From: Candidatus Poribacteria bacterium
Lineage (GTDB): Bacteria > Poribacteria > WGA-4E > WGA-3G
Length of the DNA stretch: 64,000 nucleotides
Assembly (NCBI GenBank): GCA_965215265.1
Contig: OZ244048.1
Coordinates: 4,320,001 to 4,384,000, forward strand
Reading direction: 5' to 3'
A program made the position numbers and the translations under genes. This document shows, one piece after another, positions 63,365-64,000 of the stretch. Under the pieces are notes generated by a model. The model did no database searches. It was given only the letters and a program-made list of their open reading frames with translations, and was not told the origin of the DNA. How positions within the stretch are numbered: position 1 is the first letter of the stretch; each line of letters opens with the position of its first letter.

Positions 63365-64000
63365 ATGTGGATTAAGTTTCAGATATTAGTTATCCTTCTG
63401 CTCATATTGGCTGCACTTTTAGGGTGCTCACAGCCAAACGGATTAACAGTCTTCAGTGCGATGAGTTTGACAGATGTGCTCACCGAAATCGGTGAACAGT
63501 TTAGGATGGCACATCAGGTTAAGGTTTATTTTAATTTCGCTGCATCCTCAACGCTTCAACGTCAACTTGAGAAAGGTGCATCGGCAGATGTTTTTATTTC
63601 AGCGAGCCCGCGGCAGGTTATGGCACTTGAAACGCTCGGCATCCTTGTTAAAAATAGCCGTCGCGATATCCTGTCCAATCAATTAGTGCTGGTGTCTCAT
63701 GAATCTTCTGCGTTATCCGTCAAGTACAATAATTCTGACAAGGACATCGTTAATACTTTAGTGGATAAATCGATTTTACGAATAGCGATTGGGCAACCTG
63801 ACGTTGTCCCTGCTGGTACTTACGGAAAAGAGGCATTAACTTACTTAGACGTGTGGGATGCCATCCAGTCCAAGTTGATTTTCGGTGCAGATGTCCGTGC
63901 GACGCTCGCCTATGTCACTGCTGGAAATGTTGATGCAGCTATTGTCTATCAGACTGACGCAACATTGATGCGAAACGTCAAAGTACTGTATCAATTTCCG
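63365..64000 (+). CDS. modA: Molybdate ABC transporter substrate-binding lipoprotein (runs off the window end)
   Basis: Read manually: lipobox LLGC, VFSAMSLTDV, FNFAASSTLQRQLEKGASADVFISA, AIGQPDVVPAGTYG, DVRATLAYV. Confidence 0.9.
   Translation, partial: MWIKFQILVILLLILAALLGCSQPNGLTVFSAMSLTDVLTEIGEQFRMAHQVKVYFNFAASSTLQRQLEKGASADVFISASPRQVMALETLGILVKNSRRDILSNQLVLVSHESSALSVKYNNSDKDIVNTLVDKSILRIAIGQPDVVPAGTYGKEALTYLDVWDAIQSKLIFGADVRATLAYVTAGNVDAAIVYQTDATLMRNVKVLYQFP

Overview
Bacterial chromosomal window of moderate GC. A BMC shell/aldehyde dehydrogenase pair, a PhyH dioxygenase, two DUF6785-like membrane proteins, many DNA methyltransferases and dense short repeats suggest a Candidatus Poribacteria-like genome (inference only). 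Housekeeping and metabolic genes include mdh, icd, a divergent citrate-synthase-family gene, ligA, msrB, a clpX-like gene, a metE-like gene, sat, an nth-like gene, infA, a cysteine synthase and modA. They are interleaved with five restriction-modification/methyltransferase loci, four of which are broken. The main non-coding signal is a family of ~160-bp quasi-palindromic elements (ends TTT(C/T/A)GT(A/C)TA...TA(T/G)AC(G/A/T)AAA, centre usually GAWTC) at about 21 loci. It occurs as full copies, as half copies ending at the dyad centre, as nested copies and as composites with REP-like hairpins. It interrupts two methyltransferase genes twice each. One copy carries a perfect 31-bp duplication around a 36-bp unique insert, which looks like an off-array CRISPR spacer integration. 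A second 31+36-bp structure 1.4 kb away frameshifts a Cys-rich secreted-peptide gene. There is also a non-coding array of 128-bp structured units next to a type IIG RM gene that is split at a C9 tract. No cas, transposase, rRNA or tRNA genes were recognised. Repeat coordinates were read by eye and may be off by a few bases.
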